A DNA stretch of 64,000 nt from Octopus bimaculoides (lineage: Eukaryota): NCBI RefSeq assembly GCF_001194135.2, contig NC_068982.1, forward strand, positions 137,137,714 through 137,201,713, given 5' to 3'. The notes beneath the pieces were generated by a model. That model was given only the letters and a program-made list of their open reading frames with translations, was not told the origin of the DNA and searched no databases. A program made the translations under genes and the position numbers. Position 1 is the stretch's first letter, and the number at the start of each line of letters is the position of its first letter. Shown here one piece after another: positions 63,492 to 64,000 of this stretch.

Positions 63492-64000
63492 ATATTACAT
63501 GCTTTAATGCTCTTAGCACATTTGTTTTACTCCTAATTAGGCAATGTTGAAATTGTGGTGCTTCTAATTTTCCCTTTTGTCTGTTATACCATCAAATATC
63601 TGTTTTCTTTTCAGTGTATTACATCATACAGATGTTTCATATCTTATCAATATCATATTGAGTTGTTTATTGACTCTAGTCTCAATATATTATGTTGCAA
63701 TCTTTTGAACATTTCGCAGCATGATAGGGTTTCATCTCTAGAGGTAGTTGCAGTGACCTCTGGGGTTAAGACCATGGACTTGAGATCAGTGTTGTGACTG
63801 CAAAATGTCCCACTGGTGCAGGTATGCTTTGTGGCTAACAAGCCCTCTTTGCAACCACATGGTTTCGGGTTCAGTCCCACTGTATGGTATCTTGGGCAAG
63901 TGACTTTTATTATAGCGCTGGGCCAACCAATGCCTTGCAAATGCATTTAGTTAGCAAAAACTGTGTGGAAGCCTGTCCTCAGTGTGTGTAGATGCTGGTG

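Overview
Eukaryotic, AT-rich, repeat-dominated draft-assembly sequence with 13 N-gaps. The SINE/RTE repertoire looks like a coleoid cephalopod, probably Octopus (recognition, not a database result). Most of the window is the introns of a minus-strand multi-exon gene whose N-terminus resembles C9orf43/DUF4647 (CQHPYCW motif). I could chain 9 phase-compatible coding exons from 46462 down to 16582, plus a probable 5' UTR exon at about 55500-55616. The 3' end of this gene is unresolved. It sits head-to-head with an endophilin-B (SH3GLB) gene whose first coding exon is 56235-56312 (+), and an RFX X-box-like site lies between them. A possible CaaX-ending terminal exon of a third gene lies at 2786-3004 (+). 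The rest is RTE LINE 3' ends, three or more tRNA-derived SINE families, mariner/piggyBac/hAT remnants, MITEs and microsatellites. The most unusual items are two distinct hammerhead-ribozyme-like motifs. One is in a TSD-flanked, 351-bp-period Penelope/retrozyme-like element with a 79-bp hairpin (41335-42317). The other is in the tail of a tRNA-headed SINE (33260-34490). No rRNA, true tRNA gene or CRISPR array is supported. All long ORFs in the supplied track come from microsatellites, N-gaps or TE remnants.
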